The position numbers were made by a program, and so were the translations under genes. From Tubiluchus corallicola (Eukaryota; Animalia; Priapulida): a DNA stretch of 64,000 nt. Below, piece after piece: positions 28,130 through 39,900 of this stretch (positions within the stretch are counted from its first letter, which is position 1; every line of letters starts with the position of its first letter). The notes below the pieces were generated by a model. That model saw only the letters and a list, made by a program, of their open reading frames with translations, searched no databases and was not told the origin of the DNA. The DNA lies in NCBI GenBank assembly GCA_030141605.1, contig JAQGDQ010000011.1, positions 554,066-618,065 on the forward strand. Direction: 5' to 3'.

Positions 28130-30274
28130 CAAGATATCATGACCAATTCAGTGTCTCACATTGGAAGATTATCCTTTATAATGAATAGGTTCCAGTCCTG
28201 TGACAATCATCAAAGTAATAAGTGAGCTCTGCCATTAGGTGTTGGATGTACCACCAGCTTGCAGGTAGCCGCAGTGAATAAAAATAAAATAAAATAAAGT
28301 AGTGCAATTACTAAGCTTCGAGAAACTTAAAAAATTTTCAAAGTAAAGTACATTATCAATATACTTTAATTTCTGAAAATAAATTTCAGCTAGTTGTACT
28401 GTCCTCTGCAGGAAGTTGACCACGCTACCTCTGAAAATTATTTCGCTCTGATCGTTACCTTTACTTTAGAACAGCACGTTTAAGTGGCTTCTTAACGCGC
28501 GAAAAGATTTGTACTATTAGTGGCTTCATAGGAAGCCTTACATGTTTGAGGGTGGTTGTAAGCTCCTGATGATGATGAAACCAAATAACATTTGATGTAC
28601 ATATATGACAGCGTAGAAATGTATTCAGTATATAGTTAATGCTCCAGCTTGTGTATTCAAACCCATCAACCAAATCTCTCACATCCACTAAGAGTTAATA
28701 CTTTAGCAAACTGCTGTCATACTGAAATCAGATCATTTCCCAAATCCCTGGCATTATAAAGCCTTTCAGTTTCGAATTGGATCTCTAGTTACCCATTAAT
28801 ATAATTGATGAGATTGATTTATGGGAATAACAGCACTTGTTATGAGGTTTGAGTCGGCGTTTGGCTTTTGCCGGCCGGGAAGCCATCAGGACCATGTGCG
28901 ACCAAAGTTGTGTCTGTGGACATTTATTACATGTACGTGTGGTCAAAGTTGCCTCTGTGGACCATTTGTCATTTGGCAGTGGGCAGATGGCGGATTGAAA
29001 CCTAATCTTTCATAAAGAATGCGCAAAGTATGTCACGTGATGAGTTACGTGAATGCTGTCATCAAGGCAAATTGAACAGTAATGGTCAAAGACTCGCAAG
29101 GGCGGGGTGGGGGTAATCCGCTGCTGAAAATTGATAAAAATATGCAGGTATTTCCTGTAACAAATCACTCCTGTAAATTAAATTCTAATAATATGTGAAT
29201 TTTACTATAGTGGTTCTTACACTGGGCCCTCCGGTACCCTGAGGTGCCAGTGCTTGGGGGTGGGGCACAAAATGCATCCGTAATTTTGCTTTGGCTTAAT
29301 CTTCTCAGCGTCTCAACTTAAGGGTCACAACTACAGTTTTGATGAACAACGTTTCTTGCAGCGCAGTGAGATACTGGACAATGGAATGTAGTAGTAATTC
29401 ATTTATAGGAAAACCGGGTGATTCTTCGTATCGTGCTTACTTTGAAGTAAGTTTAAAAATATACATTTTAACACTTATAATACACAAATACACAAATCTC
29501 TGCAAATTCTAAGTTTAAAAATTTAAATTTCCTTTGCATCTAGACTAGGACCAGGTTTCATCCACACACACCGTCTGGAGCGTGCCAGCTACAAATGCAT
29601 TGTGAATGTGACTATCCCGTGAATGTAATTCTGTCAATGATAAAATATATGCTTATTATCGGTCGGTATTGTAATAGCAATAAGTGTTTTCCTCATTTCC
29701 TTATGGTGCCTTCCTGCACTTAGCCTGAATGCTTCACCTTGATAAGTAAAGGTGAAGCGAACGTAAGAGTAGCCTTTTTGCTATGCAGACATAAGTAATT
29801 GTCAGAAAGAGCCTACTGACTAAGTGCCATTATCTGCTTGGACGATATTATCTCCTTGGATAGTAGCAGTACTTTGAGACAATAATAACACGAGGTATTT
29901 TCCGTAGATTGTTCTAACTTTATTAAATTCTAAATGCATTCTACAAGGAAGCGTCGCACTCACAGTAGATCGAATGCACTTGGTATGTACGTGGAAAAGT
30001 AATGATGCATTTACTTTAAACTACTTACAAAATATTTTAAAAAATAGCGCTATGCAGTTGTAGTTAAAAAACAATAAACAACAAGTTACCGAGATATTTA
30101 ACCAATGAATAACTTTTTAATATTCCCTAAATGACTCGTTTCTTCGTTTATGCTTCAAAATGTAAAGTTAAAGTTGTTTTTCAGATACTATAAACTCTTT
30201 TAAGCTCGGGGTCAGGATCGGGGTCGGGAGAGGATGAGAAGTACGGGAACGGTACTCGGGACGGACTGAATGTT

Positions 30275-31525
30275 AATATGGTTGCAAGTAATATGATTGC
30301 AAGTAAACTGAGTAAAACTGCTGGTATTATTCCTAAACTCAGACACTATATCGACAGAAACACATTAAAACTCATATACCATGCACTTGTCTATCCCTAC
30401 CTGAAATATTGCATTCTATCCTGGGGAAAAGTCAAAATTACTTATCTGTATCCGTTAAATACTGTACATAATAAAATTCTTAAACTAATGGCGTTTGCAA
30501 AAATACTTGATCATGCCACGCCCTCATATATTTCCCTTGGTGTCCTTAAATTAAAAGATATTTACTCTGTAGAGCTGTTTAAGTTTATGTACAAGTATGA
30601 AAACAATATGTTGCCATCCTAGTATGCTTGCTACTTTACACTAATTAGAGATTCACACTCGTATACTACTAGAGCAGCTACTAGGGGACACTATTTCCAG
30701 CAACGATTTCTAACATCTTATGGTTTTATATTCCTTGCAATTTTTGGGTGTCAAGTTGTGGAATAGCCTTGAATCTTCTGTTAAATCTTCTCCATCCTTA
30801 AAAATAGCAGTAAAAATATTGTACTGAAACAATCTCCAAATATAAGTGAACATTAATTCTTTTTAAATACATTTTTGTTATATTTATTAATAATCATCTT
30901 AAGCTATAAATAATTTAATTTATAATTCTATGCTCGTTAATTATTTTACGTCCTGTTAACTGTGCTTGTTAATATTTCCAGATGATTAAGATTTGAGATA
31001 AAATACCGAAAATGACCTTATGGAATTACGTTATACATGGATGGTTATTCAGTTTGCAGATGTGAATTAAGTGAAATACTTATAGTCAAACCTGTGGTAA
31101 GTGGTGCATGCCCTCGCTATGCTTATGGCTGCATGTGGTCAGTATCAGTTAACAGTTATGCTACATGGCAAAATATTGATTAATTTTTAATTTGTAACTT
31201 AAAATTATTTTCACATATTACTGACTAATCCAGCTATGCAAGTATAACATATACATGCGCTACTAACTAACAACTGCTGCTATACAAGAAATAATGCTTT
31301 AGATAAAATATAATAATTTAATTTACATTTACATTATAGTTTAATTTACATAGCTCACAGTACTAATCGAAGTAGAGTTTTGTTATTAAATTAGTAGAAG
31401 GGTGGTAGACTCGATGACCTTTCGGTCTTTTCGCCACCCGGTCTCTCTTTTAGTCACATCATTTGTTAATGCTATGTTGATTATGTTATTGAGGCAAATA
31501 AATTATTCTGTATTCTGTATTCTGT
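30275..31525 (+). mobile_element. 5'-truncated CR1/L2-type LINE with 3' UTR stem-loop, (TATTCTG)3 tail and TSD
   Basis: ORF 30278-30622 (KLSKTAGIIPKLRHYI...LKLIYHALVYPYLKYCILSWG...LKLKDIY...KFMYK) is a post-RT region. Stem-loop GGGTGG...CCACCC at 31400-31439. AATGTT duplicated at 30269-30274 and 31526-31531. Confidence 0.88.
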
Positions 31526-33349
31526 AATGTTCGTGAACCGGGGCTCGGGATTTGAGAAAGTTCGGGATCGAGGTTCAGTCATAACGACCCCGATCCCGAT
31601 CACTTCTAGTAAATTCACGTGGGGTAGATCCGGCGGGTGGGAGTGGTTACAAAGGGTGCTACAGAAACGACTACATGAGTCCAGAGTGCCATCACCGATA
31701 AGACTGAGATCCACTGATTTATTGGGTATCAGAGGTCAATTGAAGGTCACAGATGTCAACTGAGAGCTACAGGTTTTTGAATGAAATTGTAGCTTGTTTA
31801 GTCTACAAGGCAACATATCTGAATTTCACTGCAATAAATTTGCATTCGTGCAATACCATGCGCTTTTTAAAGAAACTACGTATAATTTAACGTATGTTAA
31901 TTAATTATTGATGCAATAAACTTACAGTTTAGGACCTACAAATTTTGACTTTGGATATAAGTGAAAAAAAGTCGAAACTAAACCTAGTAATGATGATGAC
32001 GACAGTTATAACGACGAAGACGACGACGAAGATGGTGATGATAATGATGATGATGACATGGTGATCATTACACAGATGAAGATGATAATGATAATGATAA
32101 TTTAATCGAATAGCGCCCTACCTCTCTGAAAGATCCAACTTGCTATCACCACGAGTAGCAACGTATGAATTGCTCTTCCCATAGCTGGCAGTACAACTTC
32201 TTATGTTGAAGAGAATACCTAATCAAAATGAATGACGACTCATGTCAGGCCATATGCATCTTGTTCAAATACTCAGACATCCTTGAACCTAGAAAAGCAA
32301 ATCATGTTTTGTTAGATTATCAAAATAAAGGCACAAATTACGAATAACTCGGTGTAGTAAAGATGAATTTGGCAAAAATTCAGAGTATGCAGTATTCTTG
32401 ATATGATCGGTGTGTATACTGAAATGAACTATTATCAACCGAAGCCTAAATGCCACTTCTACAGATTAGCATAGACGCAATTTGTATGTCCGTGTTTATC
32501 TTTTATATACACCTATTTAACAACAATGTAAACTTTACTCTAGGGAGTTTGTGTCTAGGTAATTCAAAATTAAGATTTTAATTTTCCTTGTCAAATTTTA
32601 AGCAGTAATACTTGTACTGATGGGATTACGTTTAAACTGATTAATAATTAGGCACTTACACGTAGTCTTCCGGAGTTTTGGTGCACATAACAGCGATTCA
32701 CAAATTACACGTTATATCAGCCTGAAATGCATGTCTACCTGACCGACTACCTGGTCACATGATTCATAACAAATTGGGGCGCAAGCAATTCCAACAGGTA
32801 GAGAGACGTATATATACCCAACAATAATTAAAAAAACACGGAGTTCTGCTGTTACGATTTAAAAAAATTCATTTTAAAGCAACGACTGATTTTCGTTTAA
32901 AATCAGCAAAATTACAAATAAAATACCAGTTGATACAGAAAACATCATTTACCTTTATTCAACTTCGTTCTTAAGTTTTCACATACTATCTGCTTAGGGG
33001 AGGTACGAATCAGATCTCAAGAAGAGTTTTTTTCGGCATTGTGTCACACGTCAGGTGAGATTGGCAACAGCTAATCGACAATTCAAGTAAAGGCTGTAGT
33101 GACTCTACAGGAATCGCTGCAAAATCGACGCATGCGCAGACGTTTCCTTACAAGTGCTCAACTGCCAGTAGCAGATGCCAGCTGAAAAGATCAAATATTC
33201 GTCGCCAGTCGAAATATTTCAATTAGGGAGTGCGAACATAAAGAAGTCGTATAAGCATAATAGTAGAGAAACATAATCAATAGTTATGAGTAGAAACTTG
33301 AAATTGAACCAGGAGCATCGTACAGTATCATGTCCATCACTAATAACTG

Positions 33350-33716
33350 ACACCTTCAACGTCACCATGCTGGCATCATTGTAATTTTAATCATTGCCAT
33401 CGTCATCATCATCAACGTCGTTTGTAGTCGTCATCATCATCATTATAATCATCATCATCAACAACAACAACAACAACATCATCATCATCATCATCATCAT
33501 CAATATTTTCAAACGTCAGTAACTCTTTAACTGTAAGTTGACAAGATCCAGAGAAAGTTTGGTGCAATGCCGTGACAGTGACAGTGACAACAACAAAGGA
33601 AACGACAATAACAGCGGCAGTGATTTTAAGTACGATGATAACAACAATTACAACGACGACGACGACAACAACATCAACAACAGCAGCAGCAACATTATCA
33701 CCAACAGCAACAGCAT
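33350..33716. repeat. Low-complexity CAT/CAA/GAC trinucleotide-rich tract
   Basis: Directly visible mixed triplet repeats. Confidence 0.85.
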
Positions 33717-34571
33717 CCGAGCTTCTCATTTTAATATTCCCTTAATTAGTAAAAGAACAAACTCTCACTAGTGTGACGTTTAGATTTATATATTGCATAG
33801 ATTGAACGCCAAAATTATTATTCAAAAAGTCAACTAGCTTGACAAGAAATAAATTCATCTTTACTAACAGAACAGCTTTTTGAAGGTCGTTTTAAAAATC
33901 AGTAACTGCTGAAAATAGAACAGTTTCTTAAATGAGTCAAATCCCCATTGCTGAATGAGCTTGTTAGTAGAATAACACACATCAAATTCCGATTAAGCAG
34001 TTATAATGCACAGTTGGGTTATAAAAGTGTATAGATTTCGCAAAGATTTCCCAGAAGATTTCCGCTGTTTTCTGACAAACTTTCTTGCTTCGTGCAGGGT
34101 CGTGGGAAGATTACTTGAAGACAAAAATTTTCTGATCTCCCAATCAATCTTGACCTATCCTTGTCACCTAATAAAAATTGTCAACTAGATAAAAAGAGAT
34201 AGTAAAAATAGAAAAATTGCGAAGTTCGTCATTTTTCACCTGCAATTTCTTTCTTCCCTAACAACAAAAAGGAGTTTTACGCAGACTGTAGGTTTCCAAT
34301 ACATTATCTTGTACGTCAAGAACTAATTGGATTTTCATGATTTTTCTAAATGGAGTTATTTACGCTTGTACGCTTGTACCAATACCGGTACGCCAGAAAG
34401 TGCTTCAACAGCAATACTAACTTGTTTAGTAATGTTCCGGTGTTTCAAAGTTCAGAACTAAGAGCTAATATAAAAGGTATTGCCGTATATGTAGCAGAGC
34501 TAATAAAGAACTTACCATTATATTATATTGTATTATGTTATTTTATGTTATGTAACATTACATTATATTAT

Positions 34572-34905
34572 ATTGTATTGTATTGTATTGTATTGTATTG
34601 TATTGTATTGTATTGTATTGTATTGTATTGTATTGTATTGTATTGTATTGTATTGTATTGTATTGTATTGTATTGTATTGTATTGTATTGTATTGTATTG
34701 TATTGTATTGTATTGTATTGTATTGTATTGTATTGTATTGTATTGTATTGTATTGCATTGCATTGCATTGCATTGCATTGCATTGCATTGCATTGCATTG
34801 CATTGCATTGCATTGCATTGCATCGCATCGCATCGCATCGCATCGCATCGCATCGCATCGCATCGCATCGCATCGCATCACATCACATCATATCATATCA
34901 TATTA
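34572..34905. repeat. Compound pentanucleotide microsatellite (TATTG)n-(CATTG)n-(CATCG)n-(CATCA)-(TATCA)
   Basis: Directly visible; explains the six repetitive ORFs called here. Confidence 0.98.
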
Positions 34906-36414
34906 TATTAGGCTGTAGCACATTATTTATTTTGCTGATTTTTGCACTCATTGAACAAAAAATAAATATGTAGGATGGCGCAGAAAAAATGTACCGAAGT
35001 TTAGACTAAAATAACATCAGAAGTAGGTGCTCCACAAAGTTTAAATTTCTCAGCATGACATTACAATAGATAGACTTTTGGCTGTGAAAACTACAAGTTC
35101 ACAGTTTCAGTAATTTTTTAATTGCGACCAAAGAGTTTTTGCATGTTAAAAATTTAAAGCAAAACCGACCCAATCTTAAACCGTAGGTCAAAACAATCAA
35201 CCCTATAAAAATAAATGTTGAAAGGAAACATAGTATTTTTTTAAACAATGGCTTACGTGAAGGAACTGTTACCGCTGAAGCCGAATTTCGCATTTTACGC
35301 GTCTAGTTCTTAGCTGCTTACATGCATTTCGCCATTCGTTAGTTAGACGGGCACTAAGGAATTCAGGATTCCTGCATTTCGAGAACGCGTTGCATAAAAC
35401 AGGCGCTGACACCCAGGACCGGATTTTGATTTTGTAGGCCCCTGGGCTACAGATGCTGTGAGGCCCCGCATTGCAAAAAAACAGGTGCTGTACCTCTCAC
35501 TTCAGATGTGTTAGTTTCTAATGAACTACACACGTTCGGTAGCTCATGCGTGAACACGGCGGTAAATTTGAAATTTAAATTTTTATCTCAAAAGTTGTCT
35601 AGTTTTGGTACATCACACAGAATATTTTACAGTAGCACTGTACTTCAATGTTCGTTTCCGCAAACACGTGCAACACGCTCGTAGAATATTTTTGCTGTTG
35701 AAAATTATGATGTCATCAAAAGTTGTGTTTGCTCGTTGTTAATTAAGGTTTTAATCTCTAATTTAATTATCAGAACCGCTTTTGCAGTATTAACTGTGCA
35801 GGATTTGAAAATGGGGTAGTATATGAAAAATCATCCTGTGATCCTTTGAATGCCGGAACAATGTCAGCTAATCATTAATTGAAAAACAGCCACGCCCGCG
35901 TACAGATTTGTCATCAAGAAAAAATGGGGCCTAATCCTATGAACTAAGATATCTTGAATTTCCAGAGAAAGTGTACAACGGTCGTACAGTACAGAGTTAA
36001 TTGAGCGGGTGGAACTAAAGGTAAAAATTGTTGATTCCTGGAGCCATGTACACCTTAAACAAGTAAGAAACTGTATCAGCTGTGAGAAGAAATGCTTCTG
36101 TCTAGTTTGCAGTGAAAATGATGGACACATAGAACACCTGCTGTAAATTTAACAATAGCGACACAAATTTTTTTCTCGTATTTATTTTTGACTTGTTGTT
36201 TTAAGACTTCAGTATCATTGGAAAAATCAAAGGGAATAAACTAAAATTTACAGCGTTTATGCATAAGTGTATGTAACATCAGTGTGGTAATTTTCAAGCT
36301 ATTCCATTATTTTCTTATGATATCGTGATCAAAACATCGGCATGTTTTTTGCGCCACCAAAACGTACAGCAACTAAAAATGCAATGCCAAATTCACTATC
36401 CTATGCATAACAAG

Positions 36415-36572
36415 ATTCTAAAAATATGACTAGTAATAGTCTGCCCAAGCATATTGTCTGTAGAAATTTAGTCATCAATTCACTAATAAATAAATACATA
36501 TAGAAACTGTATAGACTAAATTTCTACAGACAATATGCTTGGGCAGACTATTACTAGTCGTATTTTTAGAAT
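36415..36572. mobile_element. Near-perfect hairpin/MITE (~59-bp arms, ~40-bp spacer); a third arm copy at ~37281-37338
   Basis: ATTCTAAAAATATGACTAGTAATAGTCTGCCCAAGCATATTGTCTGTAGAAATTTAGTC and its reverse complement, with one mismatch. Confidence 0.85.
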
Positions 36573-36617
36573 AACTGTGGGGTCATTTTTCGGCTTCGTT
36601 GTAGACATTTCACACGG

Positions 36618-36764
36618 TTGCCGCTAGATGGCAGAACTATCTAACAAGCAGACGAAACAACATAAGCTAGGAAGCCAGCACTACACAAAACTGTAGATGG
36701 CAGAACTATCTAACAAGCAGACGAAACAACATAGGCTAGGAAGCCAGCAGCAGCACTACACAAA
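36618..36764 (+). promoter_or_regulatory. Duplicated ~65-bp segment with a CTCF-like motif upstream of HECTD2
   Basis: TTGCCGCTAGATGGCAGAA resembles the CTCF core; TAGATGGCAGAACTATC...CACTACACAAA occurs at 36625 and 36694. Confidence 0.45.
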
Positions 36765-36941
36765 GTGGGTAACACTGTATGTGCAATCGATCGTTCCCAT
36801 AGTAAAACCGGCCACATCACCAGCTTCTACAATTGCAGGGAAACACTCCACAGAAATATAATGTGTTAGAAACATAATTTTCCACAACCGGTAAGCTGAT
36901 TCAATGGAGTCAGCTTATCTGTGAAAACACATTCCACTGTG

Positions 36942-39900
36942 ATGTCGAGTCCTGATGCCACGTCAGCTCAGGCTCCTGTGATTACAAGAACATGTCCAAC
37001 TTGTGATTATACGGTAGAGGTAAGACCTGGCGGGCGAAGAACCATATGTCCAAGATGTGGCAACTTCTACGACCCAGCAGAATCCCAGGATATCATGAGA
37101 CGACATACCCAGAGTCGAAGCAAGGAGAGGTTGCCGGATATAGGACTAGTAAGTACATTTAAATCTATTGTAAAGATGTAAAAAATAGCGTAGGAACAGC
37201 CTTGCTGCTAACGAAAGACTGAAAGATTTAAATGTTTACAACGAAGCCGAAAAATGACCGAGCAGTTGGATACTATTGCTATTCTAAAAATACGACTAGT
37301 AATAGTCTACCTAAGCATATTGTATGTAGATTTTTAGTATGCAAGATTTAACAAAATAAGACATGATAGGAGTGAGGGGAATTTGGCCACTATTAAATAA
37401 GTTAAATAATATTTGGTCTGGCTACTAAATGGTTGAGTAACTCTAGGAAAACTAGTTCTAGGCAGTTTCATCGCCACACTTCTTTTGGCCACTTTTTATA
37501 CTGAGGTGGATTCGTTCATTTTTGAACGTGGCTAACGCCTGGTTCACACGCTTCTTCAAAAAACAACATTCAAAACACTAAACTCTGTTCACACGAGCAG
37601 TTTTCACTGACAGTTACTTTGCGTTGCACTTTATACTACTTTACTACTCACTGACAATAATTATTTGTTGAAGAGGTGTTCTCTAACTTCTCTTCATTTA
37701 TGAAATGAAAAGTGCCAAAGCGGCTTGTATGAAGACGAACTTTGTTTTAGCATGTGCTGCGAAGGGGAAACTAAATCAAAGAAAAAAAACTTCGGAAAAA
37801 AATGAAACAAGAATCATTTCCGGAATTAAAAGCATAAGCGCAAATCAATTTTGTATTCATTGTATGCGCGAAAGAAAATTGTATTCGAAAAAAGACTTAC
37901 TTTGTTGTGTACTGGATACTAAGTGCAAGAAGATGCTCTTCATAAACAAAATTTAGTCGTCTTGAAACGTTATATCACTTAGCTGTTTATGCTGTTATGA
38001 CCGTTAAGGCGCAGCTATTTTAACGGTTTGTCGTTTAAAACAAGTTTAGATAACATTGCGTAAAGTTTGAAAAAATAATCAGAGCACACTCTTCGCCAAC
38101 TAAGCAAAAGTTTAAATTACTTAACATTGTCAGCAAGATCAATATACACGTAATGTGTTTTTTGGTGAATCAGTGGTGCACACAGGAAAGGTGAGTCAAC
38201 GGCATTTTACCAGGTGGCGTAAACATTTTACAGTATTAAGACTTTTCTTTTCCAAGACACATATTTTCAAACATGTAAACATAATGCTAAGTAATATAAG
38301 TTTGTATGGAAAGTTTTTTCGTTTGGGCTAATTCCCGTTTTTTGTCCGAGTTTTAGTACGCACCTTATGTCTACGTTTAATTATGAAAATAAGTTAAACA
38401 AAATTTCACGAAAATGTAATTGACTGGACTTCGCCTGTCCTGAACAGTCATAAGTAATTACTCTAGATTATCTTTATTGCAGTTTTTAGCTCGTTTCAGA
38501 CCTTCGTTTTACACATGTAAACCGGAAAAAAGTTGCACGCCAAATTTTTGCGAATTGAGTTTCAAAACCTCGTTTACGAAGTGATATTTTCGAGGCGCAC
38601 CACTCCAAACAAATTACGCAGGTTAGAAATACACTGAAATTTGTTGCCATTATTTCATTATCAATTGACACTGAGTCGCTGTTTAGTGGGGCTCCATGCT
38701 ACAGAAGGGCAAATTGTCAAGTAATGCGCTATATTAGTGATATTACCTGTATCTGGCACGTGTGCACGTTTGCGTGCGTATGCGTGTGCAAATACTACTA
38801 GTTTACTAAATTACTAGAAAGTATTACTACTAGTTTATTACTAGTAATTAATGCTCCTGGAAATTTGTGTGTCGGGTCATCTTCACCAAATTTGTTAAGA
38901 TTTCCAAGACGCATTAATTTTACGTTTTATATTTGCGTGTCAGTGACTAATAACATTATTCACAAAGGAAACTAATAATTATCTTTCTACGTTTTCACGC
39001 TGTGATAAAATTATAAAGCTTAATACTATCATTTTGAGTAGCAACGTTACTCAATACATTGGCCCCAATAAATTCTCATTGCACGTACATAATTTATTAT
39101 GTATCATCACGGTTACTGTTCCATTATTAGTCTGTTATTCTCGTCTACACCTAGATTGCAATTCCAGATAATATGCTGTTAGGCTAGCCAGCAATATGCT
39201 GCGTACATTAAAAAATAATGTTTACAGGTTTGCATTGCGCCTTGTCTGCATTGGTTAGGAACACATATTGCTGTGAGAAATCATTAAAGGAAACCAGAGT
39301 GATTTTTTCATATCCTACCCTATTTTGAAATGCACTAGTAATACAAAAATATACTAGTGGTGACATCACAACTGAACACAATTTTCAACAGCATAAACAT
39401 TTCATGATCGTGCTGCAAATATTTGCGAAAGCGAAAATTGAAGTACAGTGCTATTGCATAATATTTAGTGTGTCATAAAAAACTCGGCAAATTTTAAGAT
39501 TGAAATTTAAATTTCAATTTTCATGAGCTCTCAAATGTGCGCGCCAAATCACAACTAACCAAATTTGAACTGATGGTGTCAGCAGTGCCAGATTAAGGCA
39601 TGGGCTTGATGGGCTGCGTGCTTGCATCCAAGGGGCCTCCGCCAGCTGAGGGCCTCCAGAGATTAAGTGAAATTGCTTTTCTATGAAAAGTTACTGCAGA
39701 ATGAGAGTAGTAGTATGCTGAATTATCTCTTTAAAAGGGCTCAATTAATTAATATACTGTATAATATAATACACTGTAATTGTTTTCTTGTCCATTATTC
39801 CAACTCATTGATATTCATTCAATTCATTCAACATTCAATTCATTATTAAAGAGAAATGTTTCTAGTTACAGCATAAATACATAGATTTATAATAGCTTCA

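Noticed and set aside
29731-29758. Perfect 10-bp hairpin (possible Helitron end or terminator)
   Set aside because: No CTRR end nearby and no other support.
34350-34973. Cys-rich (YCIVL)n/(HCIAL)n ORFs
   Set aside because: Translation of the pentanucleotide microsatellite.
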